Shown: positions 36,959-47,666, counted from the first letter of the stretch. The stretch: DNA of 64,000 nt from Phycisphaerae bacterium (GCA_046541415.1 JBKHDI010000003.1:33879-97878); one strand, 5' to 3'. Numbers and translations are program-made. Notes: a model not told the origin generated them from the letters alone.

Positions 36959-38092
36959 ATGCCCCTTGCGATCCGGAAACTGTCGCTGTTGCTGGCTGTG
37001 GCGCTGGCGGCGCAGGCAGCAGCCCAGAAGCCGGGCGACCCGCCGGTCGTCACCGGGCGCGTGTTCATCGACGCCGACAGCAACGGGCGGTTCTCCAGCG
37101 GCGATACGCCTGTCGCCGCCGCAGCGGTCAGCGACGGGCTGCAGATCGTCCGGACCGACGCGCAGGGGCGCTACCGCATCCAGCCGAAGCGCGATCCGTT
37201 GCTGGCCGAGACGGCCGACCCGATCGTGCGCCTCTCGATTCCATCCGGCACCTGGCCGCGAAAGCACTGGTGGGCACTCGTCCGGGCAAACGGGCCGCAG
37301 GCCGTCGTCGACTTCCCCCTCCGCATCGCAAAACAGGCCCTGCCCCTGCGATTCATCCACGCCACCGACGCACACGTATCATCCGGTCGATGGGCCCATT
37401 TCGCCGCCTTCAAACGACAGCTGGCCCGGCAGGAGAAGCAGGCCGCCTTCTGCGTGCTGACCGGCGACCAGTGGCACGTGATCGACCGCTACGGGCCCGA
37501 GAAAGCCATCGCCACCGCCGCTCGATACCAGACCGTCGCCCGAAATTTCCCCATCCCGCTGTTCACCGTGCCGGGCAACCACGACCTGGCCGGGACCAAC
37601 AGCGGCAAGGACTGGTCGACCCACGCGCATCTGAAGGACTTTGAGCTCTACCGCAAACACTGCGGACCGCTGCGGTGGTCGTTTACCTGGGGCGGCGTGC
37701 ACGTGATCGGAATCGAGTCGATGAAACGCAACCCCTTCGTCAAAGGCGCCTACACGTTCGGGCTGTCCCAGACCAGCCGGGCCTGGCTGACCGCCGAGCT
37801 GGACCGCCTGCCGCCCGGGACGCGCGTACTGCTCTTCATGCACTACCCGGTCGAGGCGAAGCTGCTGACCGATCTGGCTGCCAGGTACAATATCGCCGCC
37901 GGATTCGCAGGCCACACGCACACGATCAGCCGACACAGCTTCAAGAACCTCACCGTCTACGTCGGCGGCGCGATCGGCCACGTCGTCAAACTCACCCGCA
38001 CCTGGGGCGGCCGGAACCCCGTCGGATATCGACGCGTGGACGTGACGGACTCGGCCTTGCGGGCCCCCTACGTGCAGATCGGGTCCGACTGA
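36959..38092 (+). CDS. secreted calcineurin-like metallophosphoesterase
   Basis: A signal peptide precedes an N-terminal beta-sandwich (GRVFIDADSNGRFSSGD). Metallophosphoesterase motifs FIHATDAH, GDQWH, GNHD and GHTH are present. Confidence 0.65.
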   Translation: MPLAIRKLSLLLAVALAAQAAAQKPGDPPVVTGRVFIDADSNGRFSSGDTPVAAAAVSDGLQIVRTDAQGRYRIQPKRDPLLAETADPIVRLSIPSGTWPRKHWWALVRANGPQAVVDFPLRIAKQALPLRFIHATDAHVSSGRWAHFAAFKRQLARQEKQAAFCVLTGDQWHVIDRYGPEKAIATAARYQTVARNFPIPLFTVPGNHDLAGTNSGKDWSTHAHLKDFELYRKHCGPLRWSFTWGGVHVIGIESMKRNPFVKGAYTFGLSQTSRAWLTAELDRLPPGTRVLLFMHYPVEAKLLTDLAARYNIAAGFAGHTHTISRHSFKNLTVYVGGAIGHVVKLTRTWGGRNPVGYRRVDVTDSALRAPYVQIGSD

Positions 38093-38195
38093 AAGCCGGT
38101 TGAGCCGGCCTTGCCAACTGCCACGCGACGATCTATCATGTCCGCCGAATCGGACAGACACGCACCCACCTCGCCGGAAGGAGAGACTCCAAGCC

Positions 38196-39386
38196 ATGGC
38201 CAGCAAAACGCAACCCGTCAACGTCGGCCTGATCGGACAGGGATTCATGGGCAAGGCCCACGCCAACGCCTGGTCACAGGTGCCCCACTTCTTCTCCACC
38301 CAGCCGGTGAACCTGCACACCGTCTGCGGCCGCAATGAGAAACACCTCAAGGAGTTCGCCTCGACCTGGGACTTTGCCAACCGCCAGACGGACTGGCAGG
38401 CGGTGATCGACGACCCGGAAGTCAACCTCATCGACGTCTCGACGCCCAACGACACACACGCGCCGATCAGCACCGCGGCGATTCAGGCAGGCAAGGCCGT
38501 CGCCTGCGAGAAACCCATCGCCGGCACGCTGGCCGAAGCCCGCCAGATGGCCCAGGCCGCCGGCAAGGCCAAAGTCCCCACATTCGTCTGGTATAACTAC
38601 CGCCGCGTCCCGGCCGTTGCCCTGGCCCACAAGCTGGTCCAGGCCGGCAAGATCGGCCAGATCCGCCACGTCCGCGGCTATTACCTGCAGGACTGGGCGG
38701 ATGAATCCGTGCCGCTGGCCTGGCGGTTCCGGAAGGACAAGGCCGGTTCGGGCGCCCACGGCGACCTCAACGCCCACATCATCGACATGACCCGCTTCGT
38801 CACCGGCGAGGAGATCACCGAGATCACCGGCGCGGTCGCCGAAACGTTCATCAAAGAGCGTCCGATCATGGAAGGCTCAGCGGCGGGCGGTATCGCGGCG
38901 GGCCTGAAGAAGGGCGCGAAAAAGGGCAAGGTCACCGTCGATGACTGCGTGCTGTTTCTGGCGCGATTTTCCGGCGGGGCCGTGGCGCACTTCGAGGCCG
39001 CCCGCCAGGCCACGGGCAACCAGAACAAGAACGGCTTCGAGATCAACGGCACGAAGGGGTCGCTGATCTTCAACTTCGAGCGGATGAACGAGCTGACGTA
39101 CTACGACGCCACCGCCCCGCGCGCCACCCAGGGCTGGACGACGATCCTCTGCACCCACGCGCCGGACCACCCGTACGTCGAAGCCTGGTGGCCCGATGCC
39201 CACCTGATCGGCTACGAGCACGGCTTTACCAACATGGCCTACGACATCTGTCGCGTCCTGGCCGGCAAGAAGCCCGTCGTGCCCATCCCGGACTTCCAGG
39301 ACGCCTACCAGACCCAACGCGTGCTGGAAGCTGTCCTGATCGCCGCGAAGGAAAAACATCCGATCCAGCTCAAGGATGTCAAATAG
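38196..39386 (+). CDS. Gfo/Idh/MocA family oxidoreductase
   Basis: Start MASKTQPVNVGLIGQGFMGKAHA with RBS ggaaggagag; the track ORF starts at 38100. The EKP motif (ACEKPIA) is present. Confidence 0.8.
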   Translation: MASKTQPVNVGLIGQGFMGKAHANAWSQVPHFFSTQPVNLHTVCGRNEKHLKEFASTWDFANRQTDWQAVIDDPEVNLIDVSTPNDTHAPISTAAIQAGKAVACEKPIAGTLAEARQMAQAAGKAKVPTFVWYNYRRVPAVALAHKLVQAGKIGQIRHVRGYYLQDWADESVPLAWRFRKDKAGSGAHGDLNAHIIDMTRFVTGEEITEITGAVAETFIKERPIMEGSAAGGIAAGLKKGAKKGKVTVDDCVLFLARFSGGAVAHFEAARQATGNQNKNGFEINGTKGSLIFNFERMNELTYYDATAPRATQGWTTILCTHAPDHPYVEAWWPDAHLIGYEHGFTNMAYDICRVLAGKKPVVPIPDFQDAYQTQRVLEAVLIAAKEKHPIQLKDVK

Positions 39387-39630
39387 TCCGACGGCGACGT
39401 CGGCATCTGCTGCCGGTGTTCACGCCACAGGCGTAACACCGCGCGGACATGTTCGAAATCGGCATGGTTACGACTCTCTCGGCCGTTGGCCTCAAGGGTC
39501 GTGAACCACGGCACCATTCCCTGAAGACGTTCGGACCGATGAACCGGTCCGGGTGACACGCCCAGCGCAGGCTTGACCTGCCGGGCCGGGCGGGTATGGT
39601 ATCGCTTTACCCTCATGGAGAGTTGAGACC

Positions 39631-40902
39631 ATGGATATTCGCCCCTTTCCCGGCTGGCGGTACGCCCGACGCGACGTCAGCGACGTGCTGGCCCCGCCGT
39701 ATGACATCCTCCACCAGCAGGACAAGGACGATCTGCTGGCCAGGTCGGAGAGAAACATCGTCGCCGTCGACCTGCCCCACGTGCCCCCCAAGCAGCTGGG
39801 CCCCGAGAGCGAATACGTCGCCGCAGCCGAGACGCTGGGGGCCTGGAAAACCGACGGCACGCTGGCCCAGGACCCCGAGGCGATCTACGTCTACCAGCAG
39901 ACCTACCGCTGGGCAGGCCAGAGCTACACCCGACGCGGCATGATCGCCGGCGTCCGCGCCACCGCCCTGGGAGAAGATGTCATCCCCCACGAACACACCT
40001 TCGCAGGCCCCAAGGCCGACCGGCTGAAACTGACCGAACTGACCCGCACGCAACTTTCGTCGATCTTCGGCTTCTACGACGACCCGGACCGGGCCGTAGC
40101 GAATATCCTGGCCGGACAGGTCGACCGCCAGCCCGACGCCTCCGGCATGCTCCACGGCGTGAAGGAAGAACTCTGGGCGATTACCGACCGCGCCTCGATC
40201 GACGGGATCCGCCAGGCCCTGGCGGCCAAGCCCGTTTACATCGCCGACGGCCACCACCGCTACACCACGGCCATGAACTACCGCGACGCCCTGGCTGCAG
40301 CGGGCAGCATCGACCGGGAGCACCCAGCCAATTTCGTGATGTTCACCCTGGTGGCGCGGGAAGATCCGGGCCTGCTGGTCCTGCCGACCCACCGCCTGGT
40401 CCGCGGGCTGATCGAGCCGTTCAGCATGCAGTGGCTGGCTGAGCAAATGGGCCCGACGTTCACGATGCAGCCGATCGACCCGCCGGACGACCTGGCCGAC
40501 ATGGATGCGATCCTGGCGCCCCACGGACCCGGAACGATGGGCCTGATGAGCAAGGAGGGCTTCTGGACGCTCAAGCTGACCGACCCCGACGCGATGGCTG
40601 CGGCAGCTCCGGATCAACCCCAGCCTTGGCGCAAGCTCGACGTGGCCGTGCTGCACACCCTGATTCTCGAAAAGATCCTCGCCCCGGCCGAGGGGGCCGA
40701 CTTCGAAGTCTCCTACACCCCGGACGGAAACCAGGCGGCCAAGGCACTGGCAGACGGCTGGGCGCAGGTGGCGTTCTGCCTGCAGGGCACGCCCCTGGCG
40801 GCCGTCGAGGCCGTCGCCGACGCCGGCGCCTCCATGCCCCACAAGAGCACCTACTTCTACCCAAAGCTCGCCACCGGCCTGGTCCTCAAACCCCTGATCT
40901 GA
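39631..40902 (+). CDS. DUF1015 family protein
   Basis: 423 aa with SSIFGFYDDP and YIADGHHRY, which are DUF1015 signature motifs. RBS ggagagttgagacc. Confidence 0.65.
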   Translation: MDIRPFPGWRYARRDVSDVLAPPYDILHQQDKDDLLARSERNIVAVDLPHVPPKQLGPESEYVAAAETLGAWKTDGTLAQDPEAIYVYQQTYRWAGQSYTRRGMIAGVRATALGEDVIPHEHTFAGPKADRLKLTELTRTQLSSIFGFYDDPDRAVANILAGQVDRQPDASGMLHGVKEELWAITDRASIDGIRQALAAKPVYIADGHHRYTTAMNYRDALAAAGSIDREHPANFVMFTLVAREDPGLLVLPTHRLVRGLIEPFSMQWLAEQMGPTFTMQPIDPPDDLADMDAILAPHGPGTMGLMSKEGFWTLKLTDPDAMAAAAPDQPQPWRKLDVAVLHTLILEKILAPAEGADFEVSYTPDGNQAAKALADGWAQVAFCLQGTPLAAVEAVADAGASMPHKSTYFYPKLATGLVLKPLI

Positions 40903-41077
40903 CCGACCCTTCGGATGCAGGCGGGGGTTTCTGCGACCCCGTTGGGGTCGAATGGCCCCTGCGTCCATCCCCCCATTGGTACCACGGACGCTTGGGAATC
41001 TTGAGCCAGTCGAAGGACGGGCGCTCCCGTTCGGTGCCACGGCCGCTTGGTGCAACCGACGTGCGATCTGGTGTCAG

Positions 41078-42094
41078 TTATTCGGCCGAGTCCTGGACGA
41101 TCTCTACGCGGCAGGTCTGCTCGATCGACTCGGTGAAGACTTTGCCCAACTCCGAGTCGCGGATGCGATTCCTGCCTGTCAGTTTCGATTCCAGTCTCAC
41201 AGGCCACCCGTCGGAGATCCGGTGGAAACGAAGGCCTGCCTGCTCGTACTCAGCCGTCTCCAGCACGGGCGCGTCCGGGCCCCTCTGGATCTTCTCGCCG
41301 AGTTCGTAGGACATGGACTCATCCAGGCGAAGGTCCTCTTGGAGGTCGGCCTTGTACCGCATCTCCAGGTCGGACGCAGGCACACCGGGCAGACGATGGC
41401 GGGAAGTCAGGGTCCACTCGGCCCCCGAACCGACGGGTGCATCGGGCATGTTCGACGCCCAACCGCCCAGGATCAGCTGGCGGGCGACCAGCTCCCCGGT
41501 CTTGCTGTCTGCCGACATCGCCGTCAGCGCGCTCTGCATGTCCATGCCGATCTCGACCGGCAGGTCATCCAGCACGGCGTCGAGGCCTTCGATATCGAGG
41601 ATCCGCCCCTGCTCGTCGAGCACATAGGTATAGCTTGCAGAAAGCAGGATCTCGCCAAGCTTCGACCAGGCCGGATACAGCTCCGGGACCTCCGTGGGCT
41701 TGTCGGTGTCGTAGACTTTCGTGTCCTCGCGGCCGGAGCGGAAGAAATCGGTCAAGGTGATCCGGACGCGCTGGAACCGCAGTACCGCCCGCGTCGGCGC
41801 GTCGGCCTGCTCTTGCACCTCAACCGTGTAGTCGCCCTCGACAAGGAATCGGCTGACGATCGGCGAGTTGGCATCGACGACCATCTCCGTCTGGCGGGAC
41901 AGGCTGAAGCGCATAGGCCAGGTCCCCGCCCCAAGCGTGGGCCGCAACTGGACCTTCGGGTCGCTGCCGTCGCTGGTCAGGCGGATCGGGTCGGCCTTCG
42001 ACCGGTCGGCAGCTTCGGGTGTGTCCTGCTCACAGCCGGCGAGCAACGCGCCGGCCGCGACAAGGATTAAGATTGTGATGGTTCGCCGGTTCAT
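41078..42094 (-). CDS. hypothetical lipoprotein
   Basis: Start MNRRTITILILVAAGALLAGC (lipobox); the track ORF extends to 42922 with a non-protein-like N-terminus. No known motif. Confidence 0.5.
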   Translation of the reverse strand: MNRRTITILILVAAGALLAGCEQDTPEAADRSKADPIRLTSDGSDPKVQLRPTLGAGTWPMRFSLSRQTEMVVDANSPIVSRFLVEGDYTVEVQEQADAPTRAVLRFQRVRITLTDFFRSGREDTKVYDTDKPTEVPELYPAWSKLGEILLSASYTYVLDEQGRILDIEGLDAVLDDLPVEIGMDMQSALTAMSADSKTGELVARQLILGGWASNMPDAPVGSGAEWTLTSRHRLPGVPASDLEMRYKADLQEDLRLDESMSYELGEKIQRGPDAPVLETAEYEQAGLRFHRISDGWPVRLESKLTGRNRIRDSELGKVFTESIEQTCRVEIVQDSAE

Positions 42095-42265
42095 GGTGGG
42101 TCTCCGTTGGTCTCTCAGTGACAGAACGCCGGATGCACTGTATCGTCGCCGCAGCCGGACGGCAAGGGCAGGGACGCCTGTTGAAGCAGGCTGGCAAGTC
42201 GTGTACCTTCCCTGCTTGCACCGCGGGCCCCCGGTGACGGGCCGGCTGAACCAGAGGAACACAAC

Positions 42266-44275
42266 ATGGCTGACACCCCGCTTCGCTTCCGCCAGGTCCA
42301 CCTGGATTTCCACACCTCCGAGCATATCCCCGGCATCGGAGCCAACTTCGACCCCGACCGCTTCGGCGATACGCTGGCCGAGGCCGCCGTCGACTCGATC
42401 ACCTGCTTCGCCCGGTGTCACCACGGCTGGCTGTATTACCCGTCCAAGGCGTTCGGCCAGCGCATCCACCCCCACCTCCAGGAGCCGGACCTGCTGGGCA
42501 AACAGATCGCCGCCTGCCACGCCCGCGATATCCGCGTGCCCATCTACATCACTGTTCAGTGGGATGCCTTCACCGCCCGCGAGCATCCCGAGTGGATCTG
42601 CATCGACCCCCACGGGGCCTACCTTCCCGAGGGCGAGCACGGATACTCGGCATTTCAGCCGGGCTTCTACCGCTTCTTCTGCCTCAATACCCCCTACCGC
42701 GATTTTCTCAAGGCCCAGACCGCCGAGGTGATGGAACTGTACAACCCGATCGACGGGCTGTTCTTCGACATCGTCAAGCCCCAGCCCTGCGCCTGCGAAT
42801 GGTGCCGCGCCGACATGCTCGAAAAGGGCATGGACCCCAGCGACTTCGACCAGCGCCTGGCCTTCGGGATGGATGTGATCAACGACTTCATGCACGACAT
42901 GACAGCCTTCGTCCGCCAGCACAGTGAAGACTGCACGATTTTCTACAACTCCTCACACATCAACCCGCAGACCAAGGCGCGCTCCGACGCCTACAGCCAC
43001 TTCGAGCTGGAGTCCCTGCCCTCCGGCGGCTGGGGGTACATGCACTTCCCCCTGGCGATGCGCTACGCCCGCAACCACGGCAAGGACTGCCTGGGGATGA
43101 CGGGAAAGTTCCACACCTCCTGGGGCGACTTCCAGAGCTTCAAGAACCCCGCCGCCCTGGAGTTCGAGTGCTTCCAGATGCTCGCCCTGGCCGGCAAGTG
43201 CTCGATCGGCGACCAGCTGCACCCGTCGGGAAAGATCTGCCGGCAGACCTACGATCTGGTCGGCCAGGTCTACCGGAAGGTGCGCGACAAGGAACCCTGG
43301 TGCGCCGGGGCCCGCGGCGTATCGGACATCGCCCTGCTGAGCCCGGAGGAATTTGTCGAGTCGGCCCACAACGCCTTGCCCCCCGCCGCCCTGGGCGCCA
43401 CCCGCATGCTCCAGGAGCTCGGCCACCAGTTCGACATCCTGGATTCGGACATGCCCTTCGACGACTTCCGCGTGCTGATCCTGCCCGACGAGATCCCCGT
43501 CTGCCCCGAGCTGGACCGGAAGATCGCAGCCTTCGTCTCCGGCGGCGGGGCGGTCATCGCCACCGGACGAAGCGGGCTGAAACCGGGCGGGGACGGTTTT
43601 GGCCTTTCGTGCATCCCGGCCCGGGCGACGGGGCCTGCCCGGTTCAGCCCGGACTTCATCCGCCCCGGCGAGCAGCTTGGCCAAGGTTTGCGGCCCACCG
43701 ACTACGTGATGTACGACCGGGGCGTGGCCATCGAGGCCGAGGCCGACGCGGACGTGCTCGCCGAGACCGTCGCCTCCTACTTCGACCGGACGTGGGAGCA
43801 CTTCTGCTCGCACCGCCACAGCCCGTCGACCGGCGAGGTCATCGGCCCGGCGGTGGTGCGCGACCGGAAGGTCATTTACTTCACCCACCCGCTGTTCACC
43901 ACCTACGCCAACTGCGCGCCGGTCTGGTGCAAGCGCCTGCTGAGAAACGCCCTCGACCTGGTTCTGCCCGATCCGCTGCTGCAAATCGACGGACCCAGCA
44001 GCATCGTTTCGACCATCAACGCCCAGCCAGACCAGCGACGCCGCATCATCCACCTGCTGCACTACATCCCCGAGCGGCGCGGGCGGGATTTCGACACCAT
44101 CGAAGAGGTCCTGCCCGTCTGCAACGTCCGACTGTCGCTGCGCTGCGATTCGGAGCCGAAATCGGTCCGACTCGTCCCGGCCGGCAGGGACCTGCCCGTC
44201 CGCTACGAGAACGGACGGGTCGAACTGGTCATCGAAAAACTGCTCGGCCACGCTATGATCGAGGTGGCCGACTGA
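42266..44275 (+). CDS. putative glycoside hydrolase, GH42-like with beta-galactosidase trimerisation-like (GATase1-fold) domain
   Basis: 669 aa with no signal peptide. An N-terminal TIM-barrel-like region contains a Cys cluster. The middle FDILDSDMPFDDFRVLILPDE...FVSGGGAVIATGRSG resembles the GH42 trimerisation domain. Confidence 0.45.
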   Translation: MADTPLRFRQVHLDFHTSEHIPGIGANFDPDRFGDTLAEAAVDSITCFARCHHGWLYYPSKAFGQRIHPHLQEPDLLGKQIAACHARDIRVPIYITVQWDAFTAREHPEWICIDPHGAYLPEGEHGYSAFQPGFYRFFCLNTPYRDFLKAQTAEVMELYNPIDGLFFDIVKPQPCACEWCRADMLEKGMDPSDFDQRLAFGMDVINDFMHDMTAFVRQHSEDCTIFYNSSHINPQTKARSDAYSHFELESLPSGGWGYMHFPLAMRYARNHGKDCLGMTGKFHTSWGDFQSFKNPAALEFECFQMLALAGKCSIGDQLHPSGKICRQTYDLVGQVYRKVRDKEPWCAGARGVSDIALLSPEEFVESAHNALPPAALGATRMLQELGHQFDILDSDMPFDDFRVLILPDEIPVCPELDRKIAAFVSGGGAVIATGRSGLKPGGDGFGLSCIPARATGPARFSPDFIRPGEQLGQGLRPTDYVMYDRGVAIEAEADADVLAETVASYFDRTWEHFCSHRHSPSTGEVIGPAVVRDRKVIYFTHPLFTTYANCAPVWCKRLLRNALDLVLPDPLLQIDGPSSIVSTINAQPDQRRRIIHLLHYIPERRGRDFDTIEEVLPVCNVRLSLRCDSEPKSVRLVPAGRDLPVRYENGRVELVIEKLLGHAMIEVAD

Positions 44276-44407
44276 CGGACAAACCCCCGGTGCCATGGTT
44301 CACGAGCATCGAGGCCTGCAGGCCGAGAGGGTCGTAACCATGCCGATGCCGAACGGCCGTGCGCGCGGCGCTACGCCTTGCCTGGAACCTTTCCGAACGG
44401 CGTCGGG

Positions 44408-46531
44408 TTACTCCTCGGCGACTTCGAAGGTGGCGGTCAGGCAGCCGGCGGTCGGGTCGATCGGCTGGCCGCCGCCGACGGAGATCTCGAACGTGCCCGG
44501 CTGGATCATCGCCTTGCCGTCGTCGGCGAAGCAGCGCATCTGCTCGGGGCGGACCGTCATTTTGACCGTGCGGGTCTGGCCCGGGCGGATCTTGACGCGC
44601 TTAAATGCCGCCAGCTGACGCTGCGGGACAGGCACGGAGGCCTCGACGTCCTTGACATAGACCTGCACCACTTCCTGGCCGGCGACGTCTCCGGTGTTCG
44701 TCACGTCGACGGCCACACGCAGCTTCTGTCCCGGGGCGATGCGATCGGCGGGCATGCGGAGGTTGGAGTACTGGAAGCTGGTGTAGCTGAGCCCGTAGCC
44801 GAAGGGCCAGAGCAGGGGCTTTTCGAAAAAGCGGTACGTACGCCCGGCCATGTTGTAGTCCTTGAAGTCCGGCAGGTCGTCCATGGACTTGTAGAACGTC
44901 ACCGGCAGGCGACCGGCGGGGTTGGTCTTGCCGAAGAGCACGTCTGCGATGGCCCGGCCGCCCTGCTCGCCCGGGTACCAGGCCTGGACGATTCCGGGGA
45001 TGTTCTCTGCCGCCCAGTTCAGCGCCACGCAGCTGCCGGAGGAGAGGACAAGAATGACAGGCTTGCCCGCCTCGGCGATCTTCTTGAGCAGATCTTCCTG
45101 CACGCCGGGCAGGGAGATGTGCACCCGGTCGCCGCCGGCGTCGGAGTCGACCGCGTCTCCCTCTTCGCCTTCCAGCTTGGCAGTCAGGCCCATAAAGGCG
45201 ATGGTCACATCGGCGGCCTTGGCTTCGTTGTAGCAGTTCTTGAAGTCGGTCTTGTCCGTGCCGGACAGCTGGCAGCCCTGGCGGTACATCACCTGCGTAC
45301 CGGGCGAGACCGCGGCGATGACTCCGTCCAGCGGGGCGACGTATCGGGCGGCGAAGCCGAAGTAGTTGCTCTGGAGCACGTCGACGCCCGTGGCGTTGGG
45401 CCCGCAGACGAATACGCGTTTCAGGTTGGGTCGCAGGGGCAGGACGTTCTCGTCGTTTTTCAGCAGGACGATCGACTCGCGGGCCATCTTCAGCGCCAGC
45501 TTGCGGTGCTTGCGGCGGCCGACGAGTTTGGCGGGGATCTTCGAATACGGGACCTTCTCGTCCGGGTCGAACATACCCAGCTTCATCCGTGTCCGGAAGA
45601 GGCGTTTGAGGGAAACGTCGATGGTGGCTTCGTCGATCAGTCCGGCCTGGTGGGCGGCCAGCAGGTGGGGGTACGTGCAGCCGCAGTTCAGGTCGCAGCC
45701 GTTTTTGACGGCCAGGGCGGCCGACTCGGCCGGGCTCTTGGTGATCTTGTGATGCTCGTGGAAGTCGCGGATGGCCCAGCAGTCGCTCATCACGTGGCCG
45801 CCGAAGCCCCATTCTGCGCGGAGGATCTGGCCCAGCAGCGTCGGGCTCCCGCAGCAGACCTCCCCGTTGGTGCGGTTGTAGGCGCCCATGACGCTCTCGA
45901 CCTTCGCCTCGCGGACGAGGGTCTCGAAGGCAGGCAGGTACGTCTCTCGCAGGTCGCGTGGGCTGACAACGGCATCGAAGTGGTGGCGGTCGTCTTCCGG
46001 GCCGGAGTGGACGGCGTAGTGCTTGGCGCAGGCGGCCGACTTGAGATACTTCGGGTCCTCGCCCTGGAGTCCCTCGACGAAGGCCACGCCCAGCCGGGCC
46101 GTCAGGTACGGACACTCGCCGTAGGTTTCGTGGCCGCGCCCCCAGCGCGGGTCGCGGAAGATGTTGATATTCGGTGACCAGTAGGTCAGGCCCAGGTACT
46201 GCTGGCGGTTATCCATGCGGACGGCCTCGTGGTACTTGGCGCGTCCTTCGTCGCTGATGGCGCGGGCGACGCGTTTGAGCAGGCGCGTGTTGAACGACGC
46301 GGCCATGGCGATCGCCTGGGGGAAGACGGTCGCCCGTCCGGCCCGGGCGATCCCGTGCAGCGCTTCGTTCCACCAGTTGTATTTCGGCACGGAGAGGCGC
46401 TCGATGGCGGCGGCTTCGTGCGACATCTGGCTGACCTTCTCTTCGATGGTCATGCGGCCTACGAGGTCATCGACCCGCTCGTCGATCGGCAGGTCGGGGT
46501 TCATGTACTTCGGGGCATCGTTGGTGCTCAT
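44408..46531 (-). CDS. bglX: glycoside hydrolase family 3 beta-glucosidase/xylosidase
   Basis: Start MSTNDAPKYMNP; the track ORF extends to 46726. KYNWWNEALHG, the catalytic-nucleophile region GFGGHVMSDCWA, and a C-terminal fibronectin-like domain all fit GH3. Confidence 0.85.
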   Translation of the reverse strand: MSTNDAPKYMNPDLPIDERVDDLVGRMTIEEKVSQMSHEAAAIERLSVPKYNWWNEALHGIARAGRATVFPQAIAMAASFNTRLLKRVARAISDEGRAKYHEAVRMDNRQQYLGLTYWSPNINIFRDPRWGRGHETYGECPYLTARLGVAFVEGLQGEDPKYLKSAACAKHYAVHSGPEDDRHHFDAVVSPRDLRETYLPAFETLVREAKVESVMGAYNRTNGEVCCGSPTLLGQILRAEWGFGGHVMSDCWAIRDFHEHHKITKSPAESAALAVKNGCDLNCGCTYPHLLAAHQAGLIDEATIDVSLKRLFRTRMKLGMFDPDEKVPYSKIPAKLVGRRKHRKLALKMARESIVLLKNDENVLPLRPNLKRVFVCGPNATGVDVLQSNYFGFAARYVAPLDGVIAAVSPGTQVMYRQGCQLSGTDKTDFKNCYNEAKAADVTIAFMGLTAKLEGEEGDAVDSDAGGDRVHISLPGVQEDLLKKIAEAGKPVILVLSSGSCVALNWAAENIPGIVQAWYPGEQGGRAIADVLFGKTNPAGRLPVTFYKSMDDLPDFKDYNMAGRTYRFFEKPLLWPFGYGLSYTSFQYSNLRMPADRIAPGQKLRVAVDVTNTGDVAGQEVVQVYVKDVEASVPVPQRQLAAFKRVKIRPGQTRTVKMTVRPEQMRCFADDGKAMIQPGTFEISVGGGQPIDPTAGCLTATFEVAEE

Positions 46532-46563
46532 GGCGGTTTTCCTGGGTATCTCTGGCGTGGAGG

Positions 46564-47643
46564 TTATTGTTGTTCTGGCAGGTCGCGCTGTTCGCGGAGA
46601 TCTTCGATCTTCCGCAGGGGGCGCTCGAGCATGTTGGTTCGGGTGGTGCGGAGTTTCTCGAATTCGTCCGAGGCCTGTCGGATGCGGTCGCCGAGTTTGT
46701 CGACCGCGCCGCAGTATTTTTCCCACTGCGAACCGAATTCGTTCAGCAGGTCGAGGACTTCATCGGCGGTTTTCATGAGGTTCACGTGTTCGGCTGCCTG
46801 GCGGACGACGGCGAGCATGGCGTAGAGCGTAATCGGGCTGGTCAGCACGATGCGTTTGGACATCGCCTCGTCGATCAGGTCCGGTTGACAGGCCAGGACC
46901 AGGCTGAAGATCTGCTCGGAGGGGATGAACAGCAGGCAGTAGTTGACCGTCGGGATCTTCGGGTCGATGTAGCCCCGTCCGGCCACGGCGCGGATGTGGT
47001 TTCGCACGGCCTGGCAGAGTTGCTTCAGTTCCGCGTCGCGCTGCTCGTCGGTCTCGGCGTCGAGGTAGCTCTTGTAGCGTTCGAGCGGGAACTTGACGTC
47101 CATGTTGAGCTTCAGTTCGTTGGGCAGGAAGAACGTGAAGTCGGGGCGCGAGTTATCGGTCGTGCCGTCGGAGTGCTGTTTCATGTAGTTGACCCCGTCG
47201 GCCAGGCCGGCGAGGTTCAGCACGTCCTCGGCCATCCGCTCACCCCAGGCCCCGCGACGCTGCGTCGAGGCGAGCATCCGGTGCAACTCATTGGCCGAGG
47301 TGGTCAGCGAGGAAACCGAGCTGGTCAGGCGGCCGAACTCCTGCTTGCGCTCCGACTCGACCTGCTGGAGCTGTTTGCGGACCTGTTCGAGGCGTTCGTT
47401 GACGGCATGCACGGATTTTTCGATCAGCTCGCGCCGGGCGTCGAGTGCGGTTCCGGCCTGTTCGGTCAGGCGGCGCGAGTTGGCATCGAGGGCCTGGCTT
47501 GCCAGGGCGCTGAAGCTCTCGCGCAGCTGGTTCTGGGCATCGGCCAGCTGTCTTGCGGCCTGGCGACCTTTCATGAAGCCCACCATCAGCGCGATCGCGG
47601 CGCCGAGTACCGACCCGACGATGAATCCGATGACAAATTCCAT
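46564..47643 (-). CDS. rmuC: DNA recombination protein RmuC
   Basis: Start MEFVIGFIVGSVLGAAIALMV (TM anchor), a long coiled coil, and a C-terminal RmuC nuclease-like domain (PDFTFFLPNELKLNMDVKFP...). The track ORF 46564..48543 fuses it to the antisense of tyrS. Confidence 0.8.
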   Translation of the reverse strand: MEFVIGFIVGSVLGAAIALMVGFMKGRQAARQLADAQNQLRESFSALASQALDANSRRLTEQAGTALDARRELIEKSVHAVNERLEQVRKQLQQVESERKQEFGRLTSSVSSLTTSANELHRMLASTQRRGAWGERMAEDVLNLAGLADGVNYMKQHSDGTTDNSRPDFTFFLPNELKLNMDVKFPLERYKSYLDAETDEQRDAELKQLCQAVRNHIRAVAGRGYIDPKIPTVNYCLLFIPSEQIFSLVLACQPDLIDEAMSKRIVLTSPITLYAMLAVVRQAAEHVNLMKTADEVLDLLNEFGSQWEKYCGAVDKLGDRIRQASDEFEKLRTTRTNMLERPLRKIEDLREQRDLPEQQ

Positions 47644-47666
47644 ACCCTCGCCCTGCCTGTTTGGGT

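Noticed and set aside
34756-37644. 962-aa plus-strand ORF spanning the antisense of GH42 and the metallophosphoesterase gene in a different frame
   Set aside because: It is Arg/Gly/Pro-rich with no recognisable domain and conflicts with two motif-supported genes, so it is an artefact of GC-rich sequence.
44276-44407. 12-bp palindrome ggcctgcaggcc (44317-44328) between convergent GH genes
   Set aside because: It is short, GC-only and has no T-tract or flanking repeats. Chance occurrence is likely at this GC content, so it was not called as a terminator or operator.
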